A DNA stretch of 64,000 nucleotides from Terriglobia bacterium (GCA_046331665.1 JAXLQK010000029.1:2784-66783); one strand, 5' to 3'; shown: positions 51,524 through 62,118, numbered from the stretch's first letter. A program made the numbers and translations. The notes: a model not told the origin generated them from the sequence alone.

Positions 51524-51669
51524 TTTGATCTCCCTAAATGGCAATCCCGGCAGCCTGCTTACCCCAAGCCTCACGTCGCTTGAATTCGAGAGGCGAGATC
51601 AGCCTTCAGACGCGATCAGAGTTTTGAGAAAAATCACCAGGTGCTGCCCTCTCGCGAGGGCCTGCAGCT

Positions 51670-52107
51670 TCACGGTAGCTCAGGGACTCGGTGTTCCTGG
51701 ACTTTTATCAGTTCAAACAAAATCCCCCCGGGGGATTGTAGAAACACCACTTCCCTGGTGCCGAAGCCGGCAGAGACAAATGCCTTTGGCATTTGTTCGC
51801 TGGCGCCGGCTTCCAGGGCGCGGCTTCGCAATTCCTCAAGGTCGTCAACCTCAAATACGACGTGGCAGAGTCCGTATGGGAGCGGAGCGTCGAGGCGATC
51901 TTCGTAGACGGCTTTTTCAAAAAGATGTAGATACTTGTCTCCCCATTTGGCCAAGATCACCCGATAGTTCTTGTCATCGAATTGCAGAACTTCATCTAAG
52001 AGAACATGGCCGCCCATCGTTTTGATGAAAGAGATTTCCTCGTCCAATTTAGGAACTTTTGCCGCCACATTCCAAAGTTTCATTGTCGTCATTTTTTTGT
52101 TGCCCAC
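51670..52107 (-). CDS. VOC-family (glyoxalase/dioxygenase fold) protein
   Basis: Size and 'GLCHVVFEVDDLEE' beta-alpha-beta-beta-beta module pattern. Confidence 0.55.
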   Translation of the reverse strand: MGNKKMTTMKLWNVAAKVPKLDEEISFIKTMGGHVLLDEVLQFDDKNYRVILAKWGDKYLHLFEKAVYEDRLDAPLPYGLCHVVFEVDDLEELRSRALEAGASEQMPKAFVSAGFGTREVVFLQSPGGILFELIKVQEHRVPELP

Positions 52108-52131
52108 CAGTTTTTGAGCGTCGGCTCGATC

Positions 52132-53346
52132 TTAACTTTTTTGGGAACTCCCCCCACTTGTCGGTAAAATCATGGGCAAGGAACCGGGATCCTCGGTAAT
52201 GGAACACTCCTTATGCAATTGCGCTGACTGATAGGCGCCCTCCACCGCGGCTAGCGTTATTGCACCATCTTCACCGGTGGCACAGCGGCTGGGTTTGCCG
52301 GCGATGGCCTGTGCGAATTCACGGATTTGCGACCCAAACATCACGTGAGAAGCCCCTGCGGGTGACCCTCGTCGCCGACTGGGTTCCGGCAGTTCCACAT
52401 AACTCCAGCCCATTCCTTTACTGGTGGCTTCCCCCACCCGCCAGATGGCGATTCGACCGTTTTCACACGAATCCCAGGGTAGCAGGTCAAAAACCAGCTG
52501 TCCACGGGTACCGAAAATGTAGCCGTACTCAGTCCATTCCCCGATCCCAGACCCTAGTGACCAGATCGGGGAAAGGCTGCGCCCAACAGTCCCGGTTTCA
52601 AACCGCAAAACGAACCCATTAGAAAATCGTACCACGGCCAGGCACAAATCTTCCCACACCGAATGCTCCACTGACCAACCTAGGTAGTCTTGCGCGATAT
52701 TCATCGTTTGCGCATAAACGGCAATGGGTGTTTCATCAATCCAATCCCGGACAAGGTCGACATAATGAGGCAAATGATCCTGAAGAATTCCTCCTCCAAC
52801 AGTCCGATCTCTCCACCGCCACTTGTATCCAGGGTAAAAACCCTCCGGCACCAGACGGTCCGGGTCAAGCTTCACGGAACTTGCCCAATGAACACCGCAG
52901 AAGTAAGGTCTGCCGATTAATCCTTCATGTAAGATTGAACGCACCTTCTGAAAAGTAGGGTGAAAACGCTTCTCATGACCGACCAGGAGGGAAACTTTTT
53001 TGCCAGCCGCCATCTCCATCATCACCTTGCATTCGCTGAGCCGGGCAGCTAGAGGTTTCTCGACCAGGACATGCTTGCCTTCAGAGATAGCGGCACAGGC
53101 GATTTCAAAATGGGAATCAGGAGGGGTCGCTACGATTACGGATTGGAGACCTGGCGTTCTTAGAAATTCTTTCAAATCAGTGGATGCGTATGGCACTGTC
53201 CATTGTGTTTGCGCATCATCAAGTTTGGCTGGGTCACGATCACATATCGCCAGCAGATTGAACTCATTCACGCCTATCACGGCGGGAATGTGGCCACACA
53301 GTGCCGCCACACCCACTCCAACTATTCCAACGCCGATAGGGGCCAT
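52132..53346 (-). CDS. Gfo/Idh/MocA-family oxidoreductase
   Basis: 'IGVGIVGVGVAALCGHIP' Rossmann motif and 'KHVLVEKPLAARLSECK'. Start taken at 'MAPIG' (ORF runs to 53445). Confidence 0.8.
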   Translation of the reverse strand: MAPIGVGIVGVGVAALCGHIPAVIGVNEFNLLAICDRDPAKLDDAQTQWTVPYASTDLKEFLRTPGLQSVIVATPPDSHFEIACAAISEGKHVLVEKPLAARLSECKVMMEMAAGKKVSLLVGHEKRFHPTFQKVRSILHEGLIGRPYFCGVHWASSVKLDPDRLVPEGFYPGYKWRWRDRTVGGGILQDHLPHYVDLVRDWIDETPIAVYAQTMNIAQDYLGWSVEHSVWEDLCLAVVRFSNGFVLRFETGTVGRSLSPIWSLGSGIGEWTEYGYIFGTRGQLVFDLLPWDSCENGRIAIWRVGEATSKGMGWSYVELPEPSRRRGSPAGASHVMFGSQIREFAQAIAGKPSRCATGEDGAITLAAVEGAYQSAQLHKECSITEDPGSLPMILPTSGGSSQKS

Positions 53347-53487
53347 TTCAGGGTCTTCTTGATTTGTTGCTGTTTCGGAAATTTCTGTCAAGGGCACTCC
53401 TGCCATTTCCAGCCAACGCCGAAATACGGCCTGCAACCCGGCCAACTCTCACATGAGTTTGAGCTGCAAGTTGCCTGTAGTGCCCTC

Positions 53488-53504
53488 TTTATGGCAGTAT
53501 TTGT
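53488..53504. promoter_or_regulatory. Candidate operator half, TTTATGGCAGTATTTGT (copy 1 of a 17-bp direct repeat)
   Basis: 16/17 identical to 53716..53732. In the divergent intergenic region between the Gfo/Idh/MocA gene and the regulator. Confidence 0.3.
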
Positions 53505-53715
53505 ATGAAACGAGACACAAGATCTCCGAGCTTCACTTTTCGTGAGGCAGATTTGATCTGCTGGCAGAAATCCCCTGGACCACAAGGTGCTCGCTTGCCT
53601 ATGAATATTAAGCTTTTAAATTGCGAGTCCAAAAAACCAAACCGGACTAAATTGTTTTATAACCGCATCAGTATAGGAAGCCGGGGGGTCGGGAACAAGG
53701 CCGAAAGGTATGGAT

Positions 53716-53732
53716 TTTATGGCAGAATTTGT
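53716..53732. promoter_or_regulatory. Candidate operator half, TTTATGGCAGAATTTGT (copy 2)
   Basis: See copy 1. About 200 bp upstream of the regulator start. Confidence 0.3.
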
Positions 53733-53929
53733 GTTCTCGCGGCTCAACAGCCACCTTCCTGCGGAACAAGAAACAAGATTGCTTCTGCATCAAGTTAGGA
53801 AAACATTTTCATTTACTTCGAAGATTGGGTTCCGTGAATGGCGGCCTTTTACTTGGTCCAGGGTTGAAGCGGCCAAAACTTGTTGAAGAATGCTTTTTCC
53901 GGTTCTTCTTGAACGGATAAAGAGGAAAA

Positions 53930-55198
53930 ATGGGATCGAGGATATCAACTAGAGTTGCGAAAGTTAAAAATGGCCGAAAATGGTCTTCCTCGACATTAAC
54001 TTCTCCAGAAAAAGGGGCATTGGTTCTACTCAGTTCAAACCTAGTGTACTGGTCACGGTCCGAAGTTGCCTGTGGAGCGAATCTGACAGCCAGAAATCTA
54101 GGGTACCGCTTTTTCTGCTACGATTGTTATGGTTCGCCCGAGCTGGAACACGAGTTTCTAATGACGATCCTTCGGGGAGGAGTTGCCGGCGTTCTCCTGA
54201 TCTGTACTGATTCCACGAAGAACTTGCAGCTTTGCCTTCAGGTTGCAGATAAGGTTCCCACCGTACAAGTCATCGCAGGTCATCCTTTGATAGCAGCTGA
54301 TACGGTGACTGTCGACGAGTACACTGGAGGGATCCTGGCCATGGAACACCTTGTCGGACTTGGCTATCGACGGATTGGACACGTCACCTTCGAATTCGAC
54401 ACTTCCCCGGTCCGTGAACGCGAACGGGCTTATCTGGACTCTATGGCGAAGGCTGAATTGCCAGTTTCCGATCAGTGGGTGGTTCGCTTGCCGGCAGCCC
54501 TTTACCTCAAGGATCCATCGGAACGGAAGCCATGGTTCAAAAGATTCCTGCAAAACCGCGGACGCCCAACCGCGGTTTTTGCACAGGCCGACAGGCTAGC
54601 CGTGGAACTGATTCAAGTTGCAGTTGAAATGGGAATTTCTGTGCCAGAAGACCTGGCGGTGGTGGGTTTTGATGACATTCCAGCGCATGCCTTGACGAGC
54701 ATCCCTCTCACAACGGTCCGCCAGAATTTCAGACACTTGGGAAGATTGGCTGTGGAACGGGTGGTGGCGCGCTTGCAGGGTACGATTTCGGGGGCAGCGA
54801 CTGCGATCCGCTCCACTCCGCAACTGGTAGTGAGAGAATCTTCAGTCGGTCTGCTGGCTCGAGACGACCGTTGGATCCGGGTTCAGAAGTACATGGCTGA
54901 GAGATTCCGCGAGCCGCTTCCTGCGACCGAATTGGCCAGCATAGCGGCATTGGAACCACACTATTTCTCCAAACAATTCTCAAAGGCCTTTGGGAAGAAA
55001 TTTACAGACTATCGAAACCACCTGCGATTGGAGCACGGCAGAGAACTATTGGTTACCAAAGAGTGGCCCATTGAGGTCATAGCCCAGGATTGTGGGTTCC
55101 AGAGCCCGAATCAGTTCTATCGCTTATTCAAGTTGAATTTTGGAATCACCCCCGGTGAATATCGTGATGAATACTCCTTAAGCTTCACTGAGCAGTAA
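53930..55198 (+). CDS. Hybrid transcriptional regulator: LacI-type periplasmic-binding-protein sensor domain + AraC-type HTH C-terminus
   Basis: 'LAVVGFDDIPAH' is a LacI-PBP hallmark. The C-terminus 'IEVIAQDCGFQSPNQFYRLFKLNFGITPGEYR' is an AraC HTH. Confidence 0.8.
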   Translation: MGSRISTRVAKVKNGRKWSSSTLTSPEKGALVLLSSNLVYWSRSEVACGANLTARNLGYRFFCYDCYGSPELEHEFLMTILRGGVAGVLLICTDSTKNLQLCLQVADKVPTVQVIAGHPLIAADTVTVDEYTGGILAMEHLVGLGYRRIGHVTFEFDTSPVRERERAYLDSMAKAELPVSDQWVVRLPAALYLKDPSERKPWFKRFLQNRGRPTAVFAQADRLAVELIQVAVEMGISVPEDLAVVGFDDIPAHALTSIPLTTVRQNFRHLGRLAVERVVARLQGTISGAATAIRSTPQLVVRESSVGLLARDDRWIRVQKYMAERFREPLPATELASIAALEPHYFSKQFSKAFGKKFTDYRNHLRLEHGRELLVTKEWPIEVIAQDCGFQSPNQFYRLFKLNFGITPGEYRDEYSLSFTEQ

Positions 55199-55361
55199 GC
55201 TCCATGTTTATTTTTCTCCACCTCGACTATTACGGTGTTGAAATCCGCAGCAGACCTTGAGGAACACTTCCTATCAGTAAAACCGCACTTTTTGTCCTTG
55301 AAGAAATGAGCATTGACCGTTAACTTTAATATTCTAAGGTCAGTACATCCCCCATTTATCC

Positions 55362-58049
55362 ATGCGCCCCATACCCTTATTAAAAACATGGAGACTCATT
55401 AGTCGTCTGACGGTTTTCATGATCTTGCTGATTTGGGGTGCCACTTCTCTGGCTCAATCCAAGCCTGAACAAGATCAAGCTGCACTAAGGACCTTGGAGA
55501 AGAATTGTTTCTCGTGTCATGGCGAGCTACGGATTTCCAATCTCGATATGCGGCAGAGGGAGAGCCTGCTGAAAGGAGGAACACGTGGCCCGGCCGTAGT
55601 CCCGGGAAAAGCAGAAGAAAGCCTGATATATCAAGCGGCTGCTAGAACCGGTGAACTGAAGATGCCCCCGCAGCAAACTGGATTAACTCGGGAAGAACTT
55701 GAGTTATTGCGTGCTTGGATCGACGCTGGTGCCACTTGGACACAAGGGACTGCCACCTCGACGCGTAAGTCAGAGCCTTCTTGGTGGTCTTTTCGCAAAC
55801 CCGTCCGTCCCCCTGTGCCAGAACCAAGGAACAAAGAATGGGTTCGCAATCCCATTGATGCATTTGTCCTGCAAAAACTTGAGGAACAACAGCTTACCCC
55901 CGTGGCTCAGGCGGACAAGCGAGTCCTGTTGCGCCGTATTTATTTTGATCTCATTGGGCTACCACCGACCACGGAGGAACTCGATCGCTTTATGAGGGAT
56001 TCCTCTCCCGATGCCTATGAGAAAGTGGTCGATTTTCTCTTGGCATCCCCCCATTACGGAGAACGTTGGGGAAAACACTGGTTAGATGTCGTTCGCTATG
56101 CAGATACCGGGGGTTATCAAACCGACCTCTACTATAAAGACGCTTGGCTATATCGTGACTATGTCATTGCTTCCTTTAATAAGGACAAGCCCTATGACCG
56201 TTTTGTCCAGGAACAGATTGCAGGAGACGAACTTTGGCCCGACAATCTCGACCTCCATGGGAGTTATTTCATTCCGGAAAAGGAGATGGAACACATAGAA
56301 GCCAGGATTGGAACCGAGTTGTACACCATCAGTCCCGTTTACCACGAGTCTGGCCTCGATGTAGAAAACTACTTTGACATGCAATGGACCGACTGGGTCG
56401 ATGTCACTGGTTCCGCCTTTATGGGTTTGACCTTGGGCTGTTCCCGATGCCATGACCATAAGTTTGATCCAATTTCGCAGAGGGATTACTTTGGACTGCG
56501 AAGCATCTTCGCCGGAAGTGACCGAGTCGAGATTCCGTTGGTTCACCGGATGGATCTGTTTGACCAGTGGCAGTCGTACCCAAGGCACATCCGCGTCCAG
56601 CAACTGAGAGCGGAAGCCGAGAAAATCACGAGCCAGTCTAAACGCAGAATCATCGAGTCCTTGAAAGGGACTTTCCCCAAAGAGGTGCTGGAAGCGTACG
56701 AAATCCCAGAGGGAAAACGTAGCCCCGAGCAACAGATTCAGGCGGCCAAATTTCAGGAGGCCGTCGGACGGATCAAGGAAGAAGAAATTCTTTCAAAGAT
56801 GATTCCGGCGGAAAATGAAAAATACAAAGCCCTTCTGGAAGAGATTGGGAAAGCCTATCTGCAGACCCTCAAGCCCATGCCCACCGCCACGGTCCTGGGA
56901 CATGCTGAGGTGATTCCGGAAATCCATCTCCTGGTGCGGGGAGACTATCGAAATAAAGGAGAGCGGATCACCCCTGCCTTCCCCAAGGCCCTTCGCGAGG
57001 AAAACGAAGTGATTGAAGAAACTTCCCTGCGACCCTTTGTTCCGCAAAGGCGAAAGGCTTTGGCTCTGTGGTTGACGAAACCCGACCATCCTCTAACGGC
57101 TCGAGTGATGGTGAATCGACTCTGGCAGGGACACTTTGGCAGCGGTCTGGTCGCCACTCCAAATGATTTTGGCCGTCAGGGCCAGCCACCGACCCATCCC
57201 GAACTGCTCGACTGGTTGGCCACGGAGTTTGTCCGGCAAGGTTGGAGCATCAAACGGATGCATCGTTTGATGGTTCTTTCGAACACCTATCGGCTATCCA
57301 GCATGGGGAATGAAGCCGATTTGAAAATCGATCCTCAGAATCGATTTCTTTGGAGAATGAATCCACGCCGCCTGGAAGCGGAGGCCATTTGGGATTCGGT
57401 CCTGGCGGCTGCGGGCACGCTTAACCTCAAGGCCGAGCCATTGAGATACTATCGACCGTTGAAACAAGCCAACCCTGCACTATTGAATGAAATGGGAGGC
57501 CCGCCGGTTTTCCCTCCCTTATCGCAGGATGAGCGGGACGGCGGAGACTTGCTTGAAAAATCTCAATGGCCCGACAGCCTGGATCCTAACGAATACACAC
57601 GAAGAGGCGTTTACGTGTATGTGAAGCGTTCCTTTTCCTTTCCGATGTTCAAGACATTTGATGCACCAGATTCTTCACTGAGCTGCGAGCGCCGTCAGAA
57701 TACAACGGTGGCCCCCCAGTCCCTGGCGTTGATGAACAACGAGTTCATCCACCGGCAGGCAAGGGCCTTCGCCTTGCGATTGTTGAAAGAAAATGGAGAT
57801 CAACTTTCCGCTTGCATTGACGAGGCTTGGTTGATCGCCCTCAACCGGGCTCCCACTCAAGATGAGAAGGAGAAAAATATGGAATTCCTTCTCAAATTGG
57901 AAGAGAGCTGGAAAAATGGGACGAGAAAGGAAGAAGCTGAGAATTGGCTCCCGGAGTCACTTCGCTCAATCTCTCCCGCTCGCGCAGAGGCACTAACCAA
58001 GCTTTGCTTGACGATTTTTAATTTGAACGAGTTCCTGTATGTCGACTAG
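55362..58049 (+). CDS. DUF1549/DUF1553 protein with PSCyt N-domain, secreted
   Basis: Signal peptide, 'CFSCHGELR', 'HYGERWGKHWLDVVRYAD'. Paralogue of 59607..62111. Confidence 0.85.
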   Translation: MRPIPLLKTWRLISRLTVFMILLIWGATSLAQSKPEQDQAALRTLEKNCFSCHGELRISNLDMRQRESLLKGGTRGPAVVPGKAEESLIYQAAARTGELKMPPQQTGLTREELELLRAWIDAGATWTQGTATSTRKSEPSWWSFRKPVRPPVPEPRNKEWVRNPIDAFVLQKLEEQQLTPVAQADKRVLLRRIYFDLIGLPPTTEELDRFMRDSSPDAYEKVVDFLLASPHYGERWGKHWLDVVRYADTGGYQTDLYYKDAWLYRDYVIASFNKDKPYDRFVQEQIAGDELWPDNLDLHGSYFIPEKEMEHIEARIGTELYTISPVYHESGLDVENYFDMQWTDWVDVTGSAFMGLTLGCSRCHDHKFDPISQRDYFGLRSIFAGSDRVEIPLVHRMDLFDQWQSYPRHIRVQQLRAEAEKITSQSKRRIIESLKGTFPKEVLEAYEIPEGKRSPEQQIQAAKFQEAVGRIKEEEILSKMIPAENEKYKALLEEIGKAYLQTLKPMPTATVLGHAEVIPEIHLLVRGDYRNKGERITPAFPKALREENEVIEETSLRPFVPQRRKALALWLTKPDHPLTARVMVNRLWQGHFGSGLVATPNDFGRQGQPPTHPELLDWLATEFVRQGWSIKRMHRLMVLSNTYRLSSMGNEADLKIDPQNRFLWRMNPRRLEAEAIWDSVLAAAGTLNLKAEPLRYYRPLKQANPALLNEMGGPPVFPPLSQDERDGGDLLEKSQWPDSLDPNEYTRRGVYVYVKRSFSFPMFKTFDAPDSSLSCERRQNTTVAPQSLALMNNEFIHRQARAFALRLLKENGDQLSACIDEAWLIALNRAPTQDEKEKNMEFLLKLEESWKNGTRKEEAENWLPESLRSISPARAEALTKLCLTIFNLNEFLYVD

Positions 58050-58061
58050 CAGGAAAGGAGT

Positions 58062-59564
58062 TTGGTGATGAACCCCTTTGGATTTGGAAATAGCCGTTGT
58101 GCAGGCGAAGGTCCTGCGGTTCGCTCTCGCCGTGAGTTTCTGGCCAGATTTGGCGGCGGATTCGGCACTGTGGCAGCCATCCATTTGCTTGCCAAAGAAG
58201 GGTTCTCAGGAATTGCAACGACACCTGCACCAAATCCACTCTCGGCAAAACCGCCCAATTTCCCGGCCAAGGGGAAGGCCGTGATTCATCTCTTCATGCA
58301 CGGGGGGCCGAGCCAAGTGGATACCTTTGATCCCAAGCCACTGCTTTCGCGGCTTCACGGCCAACCTCCCCCACCCGGCATCTTGAAGGCAGAACAGAAG
58401 ACCTTCTTACAGTTTACCAAGATCAACGAGGCGCCTCTTCTGGCTCCCCGCGCAACCTTCAAAAGGTATGGGCAATCCGGCCTCGAAATTTCAAACCTGT
58501 TTGAAAACGTCGCTCAATCGGCGGACGACCTGGCTGTCATTCGGTCTTGTTATCATGACGCATTCACCCATGGCCCCGGAGTGCAAATGATCAATAGTGG
58601 CGTCACGCGGCTCGGGCACCCCAGTATGGGAGCATGGGTCATTTACGGGCTTGGCAGTGAGACGGAAAATCTGCCTGCATACATAGTCATGGTGACCGAC
58701 GGGAGTATTAGCGCGGGGGCGCCAGGCTATGGTTCAGGTTTTCTTCCCGCCATCTACCAAGGAACATTGCTCCGAAAAAAGGGAACGCCAATTCTCAATG
58801 CTCGGGCCGCGGACGATTTCTCCCCTGGAGAGCAACGTGAAGTAATCGATTTGCTCAGCTGGCATAATCAGCGACATTTGGCGGCACATCCCGAGAACTC
58901 AGAGCTGGCAGCCAGAATCTCTTCTTACGAATTGGCATTCCGAATGCAAGCCGCAGTCCCTGATTTGACGGATCTCTCCAATGAGAGCGAAGCCACAAGA
59001 AAGCTTTACGGCCTCGACAATGAAACGACGGAACCCTTCGGCAGAAATTGCCTTTTGGCGCGTCGCATGGTGGAACGAGGGGTGCGGTTTATTCAAATCT
59101 ATAAAGACGGATGGGATGCCCACACCAGTTGCGATGAGAACCATGCCAAAAACTCACGCGCCGTGGATAAGCCGATTGCAGGCTTGCTCACCGATCTAAA
59201 ACAGCGAGGACTCTTAGATTCCACCCTGGTGGTTTGGGGAGGTGAATTCGGCCGAACGCCGGTCACCGATGGCCAGTCGAATAGCGATGTGCGAACAGGG
59301 GACGGGCGTGATCACAATCCGTATGGCTTTACGACCTGGATGGCGGGTGGTGGCATCCAAGGTGGAAAGGTCATCGGAGCCACTGACGAGATAGGATTCC
59401 GGGCCACTGAAGATCCAGTTCACGTTCATGATCTTCATGCCACCATCCTTAGCCTGCTCGGGCTTGATCATACCAAGCTGACTTTCTTCTTTCAGGGACG
59501 AAACCATCGTCTTACCGATGTGGGGGGAGACAACAATCTGGCGCCACGGCTTATCTCAGCGTAG
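58062..59564 (+). CDS. DUF1501-family (sulfatase-like fold) protein with Tat signal
   Basis: 'SRREFLARFGGG' Tat motif. 'CLLARRMVERGVRF' and 'HDLHATILSLLGLDHTKLTF'. Confidence 0.85.
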   Translation: MVMNPFGFGNSRCAGEGPAVRSRREFLARFGGGFGTVAAIHLLAKEGFSGIATTPAPNPLSAKPPNFPAKGKAVIHLFMHGGPSQVDTFDPKPLLSRLHGQPPPPGILKAEQKTFLQFTKINEAPLLAPRATFKRYGQSGLEISNLFENVAQSADDLAVIRSCYHDAFTHGPGVQMINSGVTRLGHPSMGAWVIYGLGSETENLPAYIVMVTDGSISAGAPGYGSGFLPAIYQGTLLRKKGTPILNARAADDFSPGEQREVIDLLSWHNQRHLAAHPENSELAARISSYELAFRMQAAVPDLTDLSNESEATRKLYGLDNETTEPFGRNCLLARRMVERGVRFIQIYKDGWDAHTSCDENHAKNSRAVDKPIAGLLTDLKQRGLLDSTLVVWGGEFGRTPVTDGQSNSDVRTGDGRDHNPYGFTTWMAGGGIQGGKVIGATDEIGFRATEDPVHVHDLHATILSLLGLDHTKLTFFFQGRNHRLTDVGGDNNLAPRLISA

Positions 59565-59606
59565 TGATCTTCAATACGCCGCCAACTCGAGACTGGACAT
59601 CCCGAG

Positions 59607-62111
59607 ATGAAAATTCGGTCTCTGATCTTCTGCCTGTTGCTCTTCCCGTCAGTAAAAATCTGTTTACCCAACGCGGGGAGCTCTCCCCCATCAGGTGTCG
59701 AAGTCTTGAATCGCTATTGCGTGGGTTGTCATAGCGAATCTGTTCACACGTCGGGTCTAAACCTCCAACGTCGAGAGTCCACACTGAAGGGCGGAAATCG
59801 AGGGCCAGCTGTAATTCCTGGCAATGCCAAAGAAAGCCTTCTCTATGTGGCCGCCTCGCACTCAGGCGAACTAAAGATGCCTCCTGGGCCATCCCCGTTG
59901 TCAGCCCAGGATTTGGAAACTCTGCGGGAGTGGATCGATCAGGGCTTTGATTGGGTTGCTGCCCGGGCCTCTTCCGAAACCAAGGACGGGCAATGGTGGT
60001 CTTTTCGGAGTCTTAACTGTCCACAAGTCCCGATGCTGGACCGCTCCAAGAATGCCGGATGGGCACGAAATGAAGTCGATCGGTTTATTCTTGCCCGCCT
60101 CAATCAGGAAAATATTGAACCTTCCCCTGAAGCAGACCGTTACACATTGATTCGGCGATTGAGTCTGGATTTGACAGGGATCCCGCCAGAATGGGGGACT
60201 GTAGAAGCCTTTGCGGTAGATCCCAGACCTGACGCCTACGAGAGGGTCGTTGATACACTCCTAAACTCTCCTCACTATGGTGAGCGGTGGGGGCGGCACT
60301 GGCTCGATCTGGCGCGCTATGCAGACAGCAACGGTGGCGAAATCGACAAGCCGCGTTCCATGTGGAAATACCGGGATTGGGTAATCGAGGCATTGAATCA
60401 GGATCTACCTTTTGACCAGTTCGTCGTGGAACAGATTGCTGGGGACCTTCTTCCAAAAGCCAGGGAGCAACAGGTCATTGCCACGGGTTTTCACTGCAAT
60501 AGTATCGTGGATGAGCTTGCAGGGAATGGAAACGCGGAAGTAGCACGGCTTGAGGCGGTGGTCGATCGTGTCAATACCACGGGAGCAGTCTTTCAAGGAT
60601 TAACCTTGGGTTGTGCTCAATGCCATGCTCATAAATTCGATCCCCTCTCTACGCGGGATTACTATCAATTGCTGGCCTTTTTCAATGATGCGGATTGCTC
60701 CACCTTGGAGTTTGCCCCAGCGGCTGAGATCGCCCGGCGTGACGCCGTTCGCTCTCAATTGGAATCACTCAAAGCGGAATTGAAGGTGTATGAAAAGACG
60801 TTGCCTGAAAAACTGAAACAGTGGTCGTATACCCTCAGCGAAATCGATCGGTCTGCCTTGAAGGAGGAGATTAAGGTCGCGCTCAAGGTTCCGGAGAACC
60901 AGCGGACCGACAAGCAAAAACAACAGTTGCTCGAAGCTTTCAAGGCTCAAGATCCCGGATACCAGCAGCGATTGAGCACCATTGAAGACCTTACCCAGCA
61001 CGAGCCAAAAATCGTCTCTACCCAAGTCATGAAGCAGAGCGAGGCGGCGAGAACGACTCACATTTTTATTCGCGGCGATTTCCAAAACAAAGGGGCGGAG
61101 GTCAATCCAGGCGCTCCTCAAATTCTTCCCGCCATGGCTAAGGCAGATGCTTTTCGTGGGGGAAGCTCTTCGGAAAGACCCACTCGACTCGATCTGGCGA
61201 AGTGGCTTGTTTCAATGGAGAACCCGTTGACGGCCCGGGTGACCGTCAATCGCGTCTGGCAGCAATATTTCGGCAGAGGTCTGGTGGAAACCGAAAATGA
61301 CTTCGGCACCCGAGGGAGCCGCCCCAGTCATCCGGAGCTCCTTGACTGGCTGGCCTGGACGTTCAGGGAGAACAAATGGAGCCTCAAGGAACTTCATCGA
61401 TTGATCGTTTGCTCCGCCACTTATCGTCAGTCTTCAGGGAGCCGCCCGGATCTTGTTGAAATCGATCCGCAAAATAGATTATTGGCCCGGCAGGCACGCC
61501 TCCGCCTGGAAGCTGAATCTATCAGGGATTCAGCGCTCTCCGTGAGCGGTCTCTTATGCCAAAGGATAGGAGGTCCAAGCGTGTTCCCATACCAGCCGGA
61601 GGGCATCCTCGAGGGGCGGGCCACCAAGGCGGAATGGAAAATGAGTGAAGGGGAAGACCGGTATCGCCGTGGCATGTACACTTATTTTTGGCGCTTGACC
61701 CCTTATCCATTCCTGCGCCTTTTCGATGCACCGGATGCGGTGACGACGTGCACACGCCGCTATCGCTCGAACACGCCGCTCCAGGCGCTCACCTTGCTCA
61801 ACGATCCAACTCTGGTGGAATGTGCCCAAGCCCTGGCAACGCGGACATTCCAAGCTTCCCTGGCAGACGACCGGCAACGGCTTCGCTACGCCTTTCGTCG
61901 TGCACTTGGCAGAAATCCAAGCTCAGCCGAGCAGCAATATCTTCTTCAGTTTCTAGAACTCCGGTTACGTGAGTTTGCCAGTGAGCCAGCCTTGGCCAAG
62001 AAGGTGGCTCCCTCTGAAGGTTTACCCCAGGCTGATCTTCAGCGGCTCGCCGCTTGGGCCTCGGTTTCGAGGGCCCTCCTGAATTTGGATGAATTTCTGA
62101 CAAGAGAGTGA
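59607..62111 (+). CDS. DUF1549/DUF1553 protein with PSCyt N-domain, secreted
   Basis: 'CVGCHSESVHTSGLNLQ', 'HYGERWGRHWLDLARYADSNG', 'GCAQCHAHKFDP'. Confidence 0.85.
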   Translation: MKIRSLIFCLLLFPSVKICLPNAGSSPPSGVEVLNRYCVGCHSESVHTSGLNLQRRESTLKGGNRGPAVIPGNAKESLLYVAASHSGELKMPPGPSPLSAQDLETLREWIDQGFDWVAARASSETKDGQWWSFRSLNCPQVPMLDRSKNAGWARNEVDRFILARLNQENIEPSPEADRYTLIRRLSLDLTGIPPEWGTVEAFAVDPRPDAYERVVDTLLNSPHYGERWGRHWLDLARYADSNGGEIDKPRSMWKYRDWVIEALNQDLPFDQFVVEQIAGDLLPKAREQQVIATGFHCNSIVDELAGNGNAEVARLEAVVDRVNTTGAVFQGLTLGCAQCHAHKFDPLSTRDYYQLLAFFNDADCSTLEFAPAAEIARRDAVRSQLESLKAELKVYEKTLPEKLKQWSYTLSEIDRSALKEEIKVALKVPENQRTDKQKQQLLEAFKAQDPGYQQRLSTIEDLTQHEPKIVSTQVMKQSEAARTTHIFIRGDFQNKGAEVNPGAPQILPAMAKADAFRGGSSSERPTRLDLAKWLVSMENPLTARVTVNRVWQQYFGRGLVETENDFGTRGSRPSHPELLDWLAWTFRENKWSLKELHRLIVCSATYRQSSGSRPDLVEIDPQNRLLARQARLRLEAESIRDSALSVSGLLCQRIGGPSVFPYQPEGILEGRATKAEWKMSEGEDRYRRGMYTYFWRLTPYPFLRLFDAPDAVTTCTRRYRSNTPLQALTLLNDPTLVECAQALATRTFQASLADDRQRLRYAFRRALGRNPSSAEQQYLLQFLELRLREFASEPALAKKVAPSEGLPQADLQRLAAWASVSRALLNLDEFLTRE

Positions 62112-62118
62112 CTGCCCA

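Noticed and set aside
55305-55340. TTGACC ... TATTCT-like hexamers upstream of the first DUF1549 gene as a sigma-70 promoter
   Set aside because: Spacing between the candidate -35 and any -10-like hexamer is not 16-18 nt. Planctomycete promoter consensus is uncertain, so it is not reported as a feature.
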